Source: Blepharisma stoltei ATCC 30299
Lineage: Eukaryota > Protista > Ciliophora
Length of the DNA: 64,000 bases
Reading direction: 5' to 3'
Assembly (NCBI GenBank): GCA_965603825.1
Contig: CBFDEM010000029.1
Span: 369,080 to 433,079, forward strand
Part shown: piece after piece, positions 47,890 to 60,755 of the stretch
How positions within the stretch are numbered: the first letter of the stretch is position 1
Layout of the letters: each line of letters begins with the position of its first letter
The notes under the pieces: model-generated
Told to the model about the DNA's origin: nothing
What the model saw: only the letters and a program-made list of their open reading frames with translations
The model's database searches: none
Made by a program: the position numbers and the translations under genes

Positions 47890-50410
47890 ATGTCGAAATT
47901 CTTGAGAAGAGTCGGGACAAAAAAGCAGGTCTTTTCCTACGACATCACTGTGCATTACCTAGAAATGGCTTTAACACTGCCCGTCCGCATCAATGTAGTA
48001 TGAAAGAGACGTAATTTTAAATCTAGGCAAAAAAAGAATTGAGACAAGAAACAAAAATGCACTTTCGCCTTCGGTCGGAAGGGTAGAAATAAATGAAACG
48101 CTAACGATGATCAACACTCTGTATCAAGAAAAATCAGGACAGTTCATGAAAAAGAAAGCTGCCCTTAGTTTTCAAGCAATTGTTGAGGGGAAAGGGATGA
48201 AAAAAGTTGGGAACTTGGAGCTCAATATTGCTGATTATCATGTCAATCCACTTAATGAGCAAGTTTTCTCAGTTGCAGGCTGTCCTGATAAGAACTCGAG
48301 GGTTTGTATATCGGTTAGAGCTCAGCCATTGGGTGAAGCTGTTCTAGCAGACAACATGAGTGAAGCCTCAGGGGTGTCTGGAATCAGCATGGGGACTGAA
48401 GGGGACTATAATGGGCAGCTGTTCAATGAGCAAGACTTAACTGGCTTTGAAGAAGAAACCCACCAGCAAAGAGTTGTCCCAGGTGTAAACGGGAAACCAC
48501 CGATGCTCAAGCCAATACTTCGCCTTCCAGAGTCCGGCCCTATGAACCCAATGAGGATCGCTGAAGCAATGGAAAACCAACGCATCAAGCTTGAAGAAGA
48601 CTCATCCAGTTCCAAACTTTCAGACTTTAGAGCCCAGATTTCTCTTCTTGAGCGCGAGAACCAGCAATTGAAGACCGACAAAGAAGAGCTAAAAGTAGAG
48701 CTCGGCATTCAGTATGAAAAATTCAAAAAAGAACGCGAAAACCTATTAGAGCATATAAAAAAAGTAGACACTGAACGCGAAGATTTCAGAAAAAGAGAGG
48801 AAAAAATTAAAATCAAGCTTACAAAAGCTGAAGACAAGCTCTTAAAAATGAAATCCATCAATGAAAATCTATTACAGGACCTAAAAGACGCAGAACTCAA
48901 TTCTAGTCAAAATTCTGGAGACACAGAAAGACTGAGAAATGAAGCACAAAAATTAAAAGAAAATGTCGGGTTTCTGCAAGAAAAAGTGAAGGGCTTGGAA
49001 AGCCAGATAGAAGAAATGAACAGAGAAAACGCGAATTTAAAGAACAGCTTGAGTTATTCGCAAGAACAAAATAATCAGCTGAAAACAACGATAGATAGGA
49101 TGAGGCAGGAGTTTTCTGACTCTAGAGAGCAGTTAGTAGGGAACGCTCCAGAAGACAGCTCGTTTGCTGCTTATAAAAAGAAGACCGATCTAATGATAAA
49201 TAATTACAAACGAGAAATCGCCTTGCATGAGCAAGAAAAAGAAGAAGCCCTTTCAAGGCAGACTGAACTCATGCTTGAGCTCCAAAAAGCAAAATCTGAT
49301 GTTTCCATGATTGAAGATAAGTACAAATACAGGCTGAAAGAGCTGGAAACTGAGAATAATGAGATTAAAGAAGAAAATAATAATCTAAATCAAAGACTGG
49401 ACGAGGAATCCCAGTCTAAGAGGCTTTTAGAAAGGCAAACCATGACAGCCAAAGGAGACGTCGAGTCCAAGCTTATAAGACTTAACAAGCAATATCAAGA
49501 GCTGAAAGCACAAAAAGAGCAGCTCGAAGTGCAGCTAGCAGAATCTGAAAGGACTCATAAGCAGTCACAAATGGACACTGACTCCTACAACGTTCAAAAA
49601 CTCCAGGAAAAAATTTCTTCCCAAGAAAAGTCCTTAAATCGGCTTAAGCAAGAGCTCAAAGAAAAAGATCTTGAATTAGAAGATATTTACTCCCACAAAG
49701 AAACATTAGAAAAAGACAATTTCACCCTTAGAGAACAGCTTAAACTGGCAACAACAACTGAATTCTCTGACCCAGCCAACCTCATTCTTCAAGACCAAAT
49801 ACACGATTTAGAGCAAAAACTTCTGGCTTCTGAGTCAGCCCACAAAGAAGACAAAATTTCATCCTCAAGGCAAATAAGTATGCTTGAAAAGCAGCTGGAA
49901 ATTCTCGAAAACAAAAAGAGGGATATCACTGCTGAATACGAAGAAAAGCTAAGCAAACTTGCCATAGAAAACCAAATGTTACGACAGAATTCTAGTGAAA
50001 ATAAAAGAAGCCAGCCAGAAGTAAAGTCAACCAGCCAGTTAGCAGCCTCTGTCCAAGAAGAAAATTTAAAGCAAGAGCTGAGGATTTTGGAGCTGGAAGT
50101 GGCCGAGTCCAAGTCCAAAAGCGAGCAGCTTCAAGCAGATTTCAAGCAGATGGAGAAGAAATACGTAGATGCCAAAATGGGCTGGGCTAATTCTGACTTA
50201 GAGAAGGAAAGCCTAATTCAGAAATATAGAGACGCCCAAGAGCAGCTGAGGGATTATTCTTCCCAATTCACCATGATGGAAGTTGAGCTTTACAAAATCA
50301 ATGAAAGGTTTGGACAAACGCTGAATAATAATAACGAGCTTGAAATGGAAATCCAAGCCCTAAGGCAACAAATGGAAGAAGGCGACAAATCCAAAAAGAA
50401 GAAGCATTAA
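47890..50410 (+). CDS. NT-C2 (EEIG1/EHBP1-type) domain plus long coiled-coil protein
   Basis: V.W(TGA)KR..K, NETL....TLY, G...LNIADY NT-C2 pattern; one 16-nt intron; long heptad region. Confidence 0.8.
48011..48026 (+). other. 16-nt spliceosomal intron
   Basis: GTAATTTTAAATCTAG; joins the 47890 frame to the 48107 frame. Confidence 0.85.
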
Positions 50411-50598
50411 CACTGGATAGATTAATAAAATGGCTTATAAAGGTTACATTTTTTTAATTATTTATTATTAACCTTCATCAGAAAACTTTGAATTGTATGA
50501 AAAATCATTGGCAATTTTAAACACACGAAAACTTTATTCTCCACTAATATGATTTACATTTTAAATTTAAAGTTATGGCTATTAATGGCATTCTTTTA

Positions 50599-50991
50599 CT
50601 AGAGAATCGATGGCAACACAATGTTTTCTTGAGGCACTGTGATCAATGGCACATTAATAAGTGTGTTGGCGGTCTGTGGTAGGTTTTCGTTATATTCTTC
50701 ATCCAACAAATGAGGATGCCTAATTAATATATCAGAAAGCTAATTAAGACTTACTTTGATGTCATAAAAGTACGCTTTTTGGGCTTTCCCCTGGATAGAT
50801 TTGTGAATTCTCCTGTGGGCTGAAAGTTGGCTTCCTTGGCGAAATTTAATGCCACAGCCTTTTTCTTTGCAGACGTATGGCTTTTCTCCACTGTGAGTAA
50901 ACAGGTGTTCTTTAAGATTTTGCTTTGACGAGAGCACTTTTGTGCAATAGCTACACTGATATTTTTTGCCTTCAATGATTGGATCTTCCAT
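50599..50991 (-). CDS. Small two-finger C2H2 zinc-finger protein
   Basis: CSYC...H...H-SGEKPY-C....C...H...H; one 15-nt intron; ends TAG TAA. Confidence 0.85.
50740..50754 (-). other. 15-nt spliceosomal intron
   Basis: GTAAGTCTTAATTAG with in-frame TAG. Confidence 0.8.
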
Positions 50992-53770
50992 TGTTAAACT
51001 TATTAGTTTTAAGTACTGATGCAAAATGAACCAGAGAAATTAACTTGGATCATAATAATGTTAATACACAAGATCGAACCAAATAATGAGTTACAAAATG
51101 ATAAATTAAAAATGAAATTTATTAAATTCAGGCAACTTAATTAAAATTTTTGAATTTTATCCAATATATGATGAACTGACTTAACGAATTTTTCCAGTAA
51201 TTTTTTAATCTTAATGAACGCATCTCGAATTAAAAATTAAAACAAATAAAGCCTATTTTGATTTTAACTGAGATTTTCAAGAATATTAAGCTCAATCCAT
51301 TTAATGAATGATAAATTTCACCCAAAAATCAAACAAAAATTAAAAATGAAACTTAAAGATTTTCTAATAAACCAGCTATAAATTCACTGGAAAACTGATC
51401 AAACTTTGGATTTTTGTGCAGTCTTTTTCAGTAATTAAATATTAGAATTTAGAGCTCAAAGAAAAGTGATATTAAAAAATTCAGCATTTGATTGAAAATT
51501 TTTCATGATGTTAAAATTTCATCAGGGAAACTTGGACGACCTTTTTTATAGTAAGACTGATATGCTCTGAAAAAATACGATACATTAAATATGCCTTATG
51601 AGTGAAAAATCGAATAAATTTCTATATGGAGGAGGCCCCACAATCCAAGCACTCAACAAAATTTGTGTAAGGTATAATAATTTCTCTCAAAGCAGCAGCT
51701 TCTTATTTAAAATGTGTCATTCTTAGCTTAACTTAAATTATTGAAACTTTACAGCGACTAGAACATTTAATGGCAACTGGCAATTAAGTTCTATGACTTT
51801 GCAGCTTTTTTTTCCTAATTTAGTTGAATAATTAAGCATTTGGAAAGCTGAGTCTTATAATTATAAATCGCTAAAGGATGAAAGGTTATCGAAGGGAGCC
51901 TATTCCGCACTAAACAATTTATTATTATGTGTTTGCTCTTGCAACTATTTATTTTTAATATTTTTTTTAAAACTTTTATAAGAAACATCAGGAAAATGCC
52001 CTCTATTAATATCAATCCTCTTGCATGAAAGCAAGAATTTTAGGCTAAGAATTATTCCAGCCGAAATCCTATCATCTAAGTATATGCGCTTGGCTATAAC
52101 TTAGATGTCCTTAATGCACTTTCCTCATTCAAAAGCTAATAGCTCATTATATTTTTGAAGATTTAAACCTTGACATTTTTTACTATGATTTTTATGCTAA
52201 AATATTCTTTATGGGCATAATTCAATTTATGATATTTTTTAAATCCTAAATGAGGCTTGGTGATATTCCAATGTGAAATTTCAATCTTTCTTTAAAATTG
52301 GCTATCCTATATTAATAAGTCCTAACGAGAGGGAAATGAGCAAGTACACTATAAATCTTATTTACAACACAAACTTTGGAATATTACTGGGCAAATTATA
52401 AAGCACCTAGTTGAATATCGACAAAATTTTTTTACTTTATTTTCAAATCTTTCTCTATAAAGAAAAACAGTAAGCTGAGTTTAATCTGAATTTTAGCAAT
52501 TATGGTGGAGGCATGATATATTCTTATTTCTATTTTCATACAAGCTTGCTTTTAATGAGAAGCCTTAAATTCCAAACAGCAGCGCTGCTGAAAAAAGAGT
52601 CAGGGGCTGTATTCCACTCTCCCAAAGGGATTGAAATATTTCCGACTTCGCCGTAGATATTTGATTAATATTCTATTTCGATATCATTAAAATAAGCGAG
52701 CTTATTTGCTTTTTTTATAAGAAAAGGTTCGAATTAAAAAATCAATCCTTGGTTTCAGCTAAAGTAATCTAAAAGCTATTTAAGTTACTTCAGGTAATTT
52801 TAATTCGAGCTTGAAGCACTGAAGAAGTTCACTCACCATAATATTTCGTAGTCCCTTCAATGAGCAAGTGAACGACGTTTACGTATCTAAATAGAATGGA
52901 GACTTCTTAAGATCATTTACTCTTTTTGAAAGGTCGAAACTATTTAAGGGTCTTCAATGTCCTTGAGCATTTGTGCCAGTTCAGAGTAGCTCGCTATAGA
53001 ATGTAGAGAGAGGTTGGATGAAAGCTAATTAAGCTGCAAGCTTAAATCTCCGCCTTTAAAGACAATAGCTTCTAGGCACTGAGAAGCTACACCAAAATTA
53101 GTGGCAATATATAGTAAAAGATAAAAATATTTCTGTTATCATTTTTTATGTAACTTATAAAAATAGAATCTCTACTTATCGAAATTTAATTGGAAGTAAA
53201 TTTATCTTACTTTAACGAAGGAGAAATCTGATATTATGAAAATATCTCCTTACGTGAGGGAAATTAAATTTTTTGATTATGCTTAAGCGTTAGTGTTATA
53301 TATTGATATCATTTAATATATTTGCTACTCTCAAAATCTCATGCATCTCAATAAATTGACGAGTGTAAATGCTATATTTATTTATATCATAAAAATGCAA
53401 ATAATAGAATCCATCTGACCTCTCCATTTTTAACAGCAGGCATTTCTATTAATTCCATAATATAAATTCGATTTAAATTGCATTGAGGCAAAACATATAT
53501 AAAAAATAAAATCCCATTCCTTGCACTCGCTATATGAGATGGCTTTAAAGTTAGAACAGAATTGCAGCTATCTAATTTCACTTAGAAGTTCTATGCCATT
53601 AACTAGTGGTCAATGAAAGTAATAGAAATAGAAAAATCAATAAGTGATATAAATAAAAGTTTTTTATTAATATTTTTGGTACTATAAAGCAAAATATAAT
53701 TTATATTTAGCCAAGTCCGATCATATTAAGCCAATCTAACTATTAGGGTAAAAGCAAAATTTAATATAAA

Positions 53771-56350
53771 ATGGCAATATCGCTTCCCCAATCATATGAG
53801 AATTATTTAGAAGACAGCCAAGCTCTTCCAGAAGTCGAAGATCTTCTCGATCACCTCAGCACTGACTTGCCACCCCTGAATATCTGGCTTCAACTTGGTG
53901 TCAAATATTACAAAGAAGGCAAACATACTGCGTTTGAACGCATTTTAAAAGCAGGATCAGGCGATGACCTTGAAAAAATGCCTCAATACCGCAGCTCCAA
54001 AGAAGAAAGAATCTCAATGCTCAACCGTCTAGTTGCTTACTATTTCGGAAAAGCCTTGCTTTGTGCTGAAAGTGCTCAAAGGGAAGAACTTTTCAATTTA
54101 GCTGGAGCAATCAAAGGGTCTGCTGATAGCAAGGACGTGAATGAGTTCCAGAACTGGATCTACCGTGGCTACCTCTTAATAGCTAAAGGGCAGATGGAAA
54201 ACGGCGTTTATTACTTCAACAACACAATTACAGCTGATCCTGATAACGTGCTAGCGCTACTTGGGAGAGCTTGCATTTTATATCACAGAGAATCTTATTC
54301 AGAAGCTTTGCAACAATACGCAAAAGCTATTAGAATAAATCCACGCATTCCCCCTAACGTCAGATTAGGACTAGCTGTATGTCATTATAAATTAGGGAAT
54401 AAAGAACTTGCTTATAAAGCGTTTAAAAGAGTGCTCGGATTAGAGCCGAACAATGCAGAAGCGCTGATGGGAATTGCCATTCTCGAATATGAAAAAGGAA
54501 ACTACAAAGAGTACATTGATCTCGTAGTAAAAGCCTACAAAGCCGACAGAAACAACTCAGCTGCCAACATGCACTTAGCAAGGCACTATTTTTACAAGAA
54601 AGACTACGAAAGAAGCATTAAAATGGCCGAATTCTGTCTAAGCCACATTGCAGAGGTAGAAAAGCAGATCCAAGACATTTTAAAGCTGAAAGCAGAGTGC
54701 TACTATATTTTGGCCATTTGCCATCACGCACAAAATAACATGGAAAATGCTTTTAGACAATATAACCAAGCTGTAAAATTCAACCCTAACATGTACTTAG
54801 CTCAGTATGGACTTGGCCAAATGTATATTTATCAAAACGACATTGATAAGGCAATCACATGCTTTGAGAACGTTCTCAAAATTGTCCCAAACAACTACGA
54901 ATCTTTGAGGATTCTTGGGTCTTTATTGGCAAAGCAGCATAAGAAAGATGCAGCGCTGGAGAAGCTGAATGCAGTGGTAAGGATGAATCCGAATGACTGT
55001 GAGGCTTGGATTGAAATTGCTCAGTTGCTTGAAATTTCAAAGCCAAAGCAAGCTTTAGAAGCATATGAAAGGGCTCTGGCTGGCATAAAAGACCCTCCAC
55101 AAGAGCTGCTCAATAATATTGCTATCCTAAGGCATAAGACCAGTGACCAAGCCAACGCTGAAATAGCTTATGGAAAGATTACAGACAAGAAAAAGACTTT
55201 AATTTATAACAAAGCTCGCTGGCATGAAGATAACGACAGGCTTGAAGAGGCCAAAGTTCTTTATCAAGAATTGCTTTCTGAACAAAACCATTACCCAGAC
55301 GCCTATATCAGACTGGGAATGATCTCTCGGAAGCTAAAAGATTACGTAAAAGCCCTTGAATATGCAAGATCCGCAATCAGTGCTGACAAAAAACCAATCA
55401 ACGCACTATGTCTCAAAGGAAGTCTTGAAGCAGAGCTAGGTGAATATAAAAAAGCTCTGGAAACCTTCAATAAGGTCATTATGGATTATTCCCACCATGA
55501 CTTATATGCCTTATTAGCCATGGGAAACCAATATTACGAATTAGCAGTCCACAACAGGTCCGAGCACTCTGACAAAAATTTAAGCCGAGCCCTACAATTT
55601 TACTTAAAAGTCTTGTCTTTGGATGAGCACAATGCATATGCAGCCATAGGAGCTGCCATAATATTGGCTGAGCATGGCGATTACTCACAAGCTCATGAAA
55701 CTTTTAAGCAAGTTTTCGATGCATATCCAGGCCTCGATTTTATATTGGTAAACCAAGCACATCTGCAGTTCTTACAAGGAAAATATGAAGCTGCTGCAAA
55801 AATATATGCAAAGGCATGGGACAAAAAAGCGTTAGAGCCTGATATACTTGCAGTTTACTGGGCTAATGCTTTATCTGCCTGTGGGAAATATAAAGAATGT
55901 ATAGATGTTTTCAAAAGTCTTCCACAAACCTTCGTGAATGTTTATAATACAGCTTTGGCGCTAAGCGAGCATGCTTTTTGGATCTTTAAAAAAGATAGAA
56001 GAAGCGTCAGAGAAACAGAAACGGCAATAGCCAATTTGCAAGAAGCCATTGAAGCGTATGACTTGATCACTAACACTAAATGGGAATTAAGGTCTGGGAA
56101 TGAGGCCAGGACTGAAGATAAGAAAATTTTGGAAACTATTGCTAAAAAGATTGTGGAAAAGGTCGAAATGGCCAAGGTTCAGCTTGCGCAAAGCGAAAAA
56201 ACGCTGGAATATGACAAAGCTATAGAGCAAAAAGAAGCAGAGGAAAGAGAAAGGGCAAAAGAACAGCTGAAAGAGTTACTCGGGAAGAAGAGGTCGCCTG
56301 AGCCAAGTGAGGATGTGCCTACTAAGATCCAGAAAACCGAGGAATCGTAA
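53771..56350 (+). CDS. CTR9: RNA polymerase-associated PAF1 complex TPR subunit Ctr9
   Basis: N-terminal LP...L...W......YY.G, NVLALLGRA, VRLG...C.YKLG, P.Y.DAY.RLG, D.YAL.A.GN, N.YAA.G...LAE.G. Confidence 0.8.
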   Translation: MAISLPQSYENYLEDSQALPEVEDLLDHLSTDLPPLNIWLQLGVKYYKEGKHTAFERILKAGSGDDLEKMPQYRSSKEERISMLNRLVAYYFGKALLCAESAQREELFNLAGAIKGSADSKDVNEFQNWIYRGYLLIAKGQMENGVYYFNNTITADPDNVLALLGRACILYHRESYSEALQQYAKAIRINPRIPPNVRLGLAVCHYKLGNKELAYKAFKRVLGLEPNNAEALMGIAILEYEKGNYKEYIDLVVKAYKADRNNSAANMHLARHYFYKKDYERSIKMAEFCLSHIAEVEKQIQDILKLKAECYYILAICHHAQNNMENAFRQYNQAVKFNPNMYLAQYGLGQMYIYQNDIDKAITCFENVLKIVPNNYESLRILGSLLAKQHKKDAALEKLNAVVRMNPNDCEAWIEIAQLLEISKPKQALEAYERALAGIKDPPQELLNNIAILRHKTSDQANAEIAYGKITDKKKTLIYNKARWHEDNDRLEEAKVLYQELLSEQNHYPDAYIRLGMISRKLKDYVKALEYARSAISADKKPINALCLKGSLEAELGEYKKALETFNKVIMDYSHHDLYALLAMGNQYYELAVHNRSEHSDKNLSRALQFYLKVLSLDEHNAYAAIGAAIILAEHGDYSQAHETFKQVFDAYPGLDFILVNQAHLQFLQGKYEAAAKIYAKAWDKKALEPDILAVYWANALSACGKYKECIDVFKSLPQTFVNVYNTALALSEHAFWIFKKDRRSVRETETAIANLQEAIEAYDLITNTKWELRSGNEARTEDKKILETIAKKIVEKVEMAKVQLAQSEKTLEYDKAIEQKEAEERERAKEQLKELLGKKRSPEPSEDVPTKIQKTEES

Positions 56351-57170
56351 TAAAAAATAATAATTTCTTAATAATGGTTGTATGAGCCTGCAAATGATCG
56401 CGATCTCACTATTCACTCTCTAGTGATTTCTTATGAATGAGCTTGTATTGAGTTTTTAAGCTTTCTCTAGCCTAGTCTTAAAATTCTAATTAGCTAAATA
56501 TCCACACTTCTTTAAATTATTCTTATGTGGCATCTTTAGATGGTGCTAAATTCTAGCAGAATTCATTTTCCAAATTTAATTCATCTCAATAATTAAATTT
56601 TAGCTATTATAAATTATTAATCGAGCTCTTTTGGAGAGATAAATTAGCAATTAAACGTTAATTAATTTCAACTTTTTAAATCGTGAGAGTCTTAGATAGA
56701 ACTCATTCTTTTACAATCATGAGCGCTTAAAGCAACACAATGCAGTTTATTGCAAATTTCATAGAAATGCATATCTATTTCATATAAGTCTGAAGTGTCG
56801 TGCTTCAGGGCAAGGATGCTAGAATGCTTAATGTGGAAATGGAAGTCCGCAAAAAATCTCCAGAGAATTTATTTATCGATAAGTTTGGTATTTCTACTCA
56901 AGTCCTTGAGGTGTCATGTATTCTTTTGCCAATCCTAGCTTCGTAGAGGAACAATTCATCGTGAGATATTTTTATTTTCTGTTCTTTAATTTTGAAAAAG
57001 GTCTCGGTGAAATCATAAATATGAAAAAATTCATAAGGATGAAGATATTTAAGTTTAGATTTTCATTAAAAGTAATAAAATAAATTGGTGTAGAAAAAAT
57101 ATTTTTATCTTGAAATATATCAGTCAAACATTTAAAATCTTGATAGCTGGCTTGCATATAATTTAGCATC

Positions 57171-60100
57171 ATGGTGGCTAGAATTTTATTTTTCGCGACC
57201 TTTGCTCTTTCTTCAGTAAACCTGCTAGTTTTCTTCAGTGAAAACACCCAGAGCTCTCTGATTTCCTTTTTCCAAGAAAATTTGTCAGAGATAATAGGCA
57301 ATTCAATCACTTTTGATATCCTTTTTTTTACAGCAAGTGTATCAACAAATTTTTCAATTCTCTTTCGAGGAGACCTCCCTGTGGTTATTGATGCTACTTA
57401 TGATATCAATTTGAGTCAATATTTATTAGCAGCCACAGAAGAAAATCATATATTGAATCTTAGCTTAGATTCAAACATCATCCCTACAGGAGCATGACAA
57501 TATCATTTGCATACTGCTTTTGAAGGCCAGCTCTCAGCTATTGAGGAATTTTTAAACTATTTAGGATTAAGCCAAATTGCTATGATAAGCACGAACACGC
57601 TCGATTCCATAAAAATTTCAAATAGCTTTGAGGAAGACTTCTTGAAAAAAGTGAAATTAAAAGTATCACTTACAGACACTCTAAGCTCAGAAAGTACTGA
57701 TAATATAGCAGGTAGGCTATTAAAACCAAATGGGATGCAAAATTTTATAATGTTTTGTGAAGGGAGCTATATTGACATTTTCGTAACCTCTTTAATAAAT
57801 AAAAAAATTTATAAAGCAGGTGCAAGCGTTTTGATTTGAAGTCAAGGAATATGAGGAGGGACCAATGACGGGCTTTTGTACTTAGTTGAGCAAGGTCTTG
57901 AAATGTCAGCATCTTATCTTGAATATGAAGCGCTCACTGTTAAAGCTTTCACAAGTTTGGTAATTGAATATATTAATACTTTTTCAAGCAGCCAAGGCCC
58001 TAATATTGATAGCAGATCATTAAAACAGTACATGGATGCGCATACAGATAATCATTATAGGTTTCCAATTTATTCTTTGGTGAATATCGTCAATTCTTTG
58101 AAGGTTAAAGTTGGGACTGTGACAAAAAATCAAATTTCTTTATCTAGTCAAATTATTTATCCTGGCAATTCAACTGCAAAGCCTTCAATATCGAAGGCAC
58201 CTATAATAATGTCTCTAACTAGCTCAGGAAATGAGCCGGATGGAACCTACAACTCTTATCAGCCAATCATATCGCAAGGTAATTTTTTTGCCAGAGACTG
58301 AATCAATAACAGCTCTTTGATTCTGGAAAATTTCAAAATTGTTTTTACAGAGAACAGCTGTGGGACCAGTGTATTTATTCATGATAAAGCTGTCACATGT
58401 TATACTCCCTTGAAAGATGAGCTGGGCTTGTTCTTTCTCGGGTCTGATTACTATGCAGCGGATATTGGTGTAATGCTTCTCTTACGGGAATGGAATATTT
58501 CTATGGCACATGTCGATACAGCTACAAGCCCCCTCCTTTCCAACAAAACGTTGTATCCTGAGTTTATGAGGGTTGTGCCAAGTGGCAGCTACAATGCTGT
58601 AGTTTTAGTAAAACTTTGTCAAATTTTTGGGTGAAACAATGTAAATGTTGTGTATGCTAATCTCAGCACAAACATAGCTATGTATAATACTTTTGTAAGC
58701 GAAGCTACTAAAGTTGGCATCACAATCGCAAACGATGAAACTAAGAGAATCCTGCCACAAAATTATGCGAGGACAATGCTCGAAAATTATCGATATGTTT
58801 TTCAAGCCGTTAAGGACACTAAGGTGAGGATTTTTATCACTTTTCAAGGAGCAAGTTCAAGCTATCAGGCAGTTGAAGGTCTCTATGACGTCGGAATGCG
58901 AAAAGGAGATGCTGTTGTGGTCCTTTCGTCAAAAACTGGAGGCCAAGCTATCATACAAAATTATGTGCAAGAATATTTGACAAAACTACTGGAACTTTTA
59001 TGTGGGTGTATAAGCGTGAGTGCTGTGGAGTACACTGGCGAGTTCGGAAATGAAATCAAAAATAGCATGGCTAGCTACTGAGGAAGCTCTCCCAGCTTTA
59101 AAGGTTCTCACTTTGATCAGACTTTGTTAGCGGCATACGGAGTTGATTTTGCAATTAAAAAAGGGGAAGATTTCGAAAATGCAGCAGTTTTAATAAAATC
59201 CACTCGGGCACAAAGAATTACTGGAGCTTCTGGAACAATTGCAATAGACTCTACCTCAAATGATCGGAGCTATATGATTCTAAGCATCAACAATTTTTAT
59301 GCAAGCAATCAGACAGGAGTTTATAATGAAAGTGTTCCTGGGTATTATATACCCACTTCAAGCACTCCAATACAAATCAGCTCAAATATAATATGGCCTG
59401 GGCCTTCATATAATGTCCCAAGCGATACTATTGCTCTAAATTCAGACTGTCCGTTCGATCAATCCTTATCTGAAGATTCCACTAAAGGGATTGCTACATT
59501 TGCTACTATTTGCTTCTCATTAGCTTTAATCAGTTTTATCATGACTTTCATTATGTGGAAGCGAGGCTTTCCGAACCCTTACCCAAAGCTAACAGATAAA
59601 AGAGAAATCCAATTCGCTGACTCGTTTGCAATGTTTACGATGATAGTAGAGGCCTTTCAATATATTAACATAGGTCCAAAGTTTGAAAAAGACCCTATTA
59701 CAGAGTATCTAGGAAGCTTGTCTAATATCAGTGTTGAGCAGTTCACAAGTATGAAGGGCTCAACATATTGACTGTGGCTAGATATTATGCTGGGAATCAT
59801 TTGCTTTTGGTTTATAAATTGCCTCGTTTCCTTTATGAGAAATCAAGAATGGATAAATAAACTTTTCGTGGTTAGGTGGCTACTTAAATACAGAGAGATC
59901 GTAATTCCGCTCCTTGGAAATACATTTTTTATAGCAATTATCAATATTCTTTTAAGTGTATTTAAATGCTCAAAATCAATTGGCAGTGATTTAGACACAA
60001 GCTATATGGATATTGATTGCCATGAGTTTTGCTGGCAGGGCACTCATATCGGTTATGCAATAGTCAGCATTTTTGTGCTGCTGTTATATCTTCCTATCTC

Positions 60101-60755
60101 TATTTTGCTAAGGCCTATGTGGACCAATCTTAAGCTAGAACAAAATTTAAGATGTCAGCCTGAATATTTAACTATTAAGAGCGCTGTGCAAGTCATATAC
60201 ATCGCTTTGAACAAAGCAATTTCTATTTATAGTAAAACTGCGCAGGGATTTATCTATTTAAGTTTAATTATTGTATTTATTGTGTACAACGTCAAAAAAC
60301 CGCCTTTTAACTATGACAGAATGAATATGTGGCAGATTATTTTATTATGTTGTGTTTGCTGATCAGTCCTTTTGACAAGTATCTCATCTGGGATCAATAA
60401 ATTCTATTTAGAACTTGTGATTGTTAAAGTTGTGGGATGAGCGGTCATGGTCGGCTTAGGGCTTGCTTTGCAAGCCAAAAGATTCCCTGGACTATTGATA
60501 AGGCCACAGCCACCAAATATTGCCCAGTTATTCAGATTTATGCTGACGTCTGCTGTGAGGGCTGACTCATTAGCAAAAAGAAACCTGAAATTTGCAAGCG
60601 GAAAATATGAAATGAAAAAAGAAAGTGAAATAGCTCCATCATCTGGAAAAACTGAAGTAGTCACTATTAATCATTCCGTTATGAAATTAGATGATAAAAC
60701 TAGGATGGAAATTGCAGAAGAATATATGCTAGCTGAAGAAAGCGCTAACGTGTAA
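57171..60755 (+). CDS. 1194-aa membrane receptor with Venus-flytrap (ANF-receptor/PBP type 1) ectodomain(s) and multi-TM C-terminus
   Basis: Eight ORF-track fragments share a frame and are joined by 9 TGA=Trp. SPLLSNKTLYPEFMRVVPS...FGW..V and GASG.I..D...R are class-C GPCR/ANF ligand-binding signatures; about 7-8 hydrophobic segments after ~59480. Confidence 0.8.

Noticed and set aside
51815-57310. Short ORFs 51815-52015, 53387-53581 and 56972-57310
   Set aside because: Low-complexity I/K/F/N-rich translations typical of chance ORFs in AT-rich DNA.
4632-60755. Selenocysteine or Cys decoding of TGA
   Set aside because: TGA aligns with conserved Trp and interchanges with TGG, not TGY.
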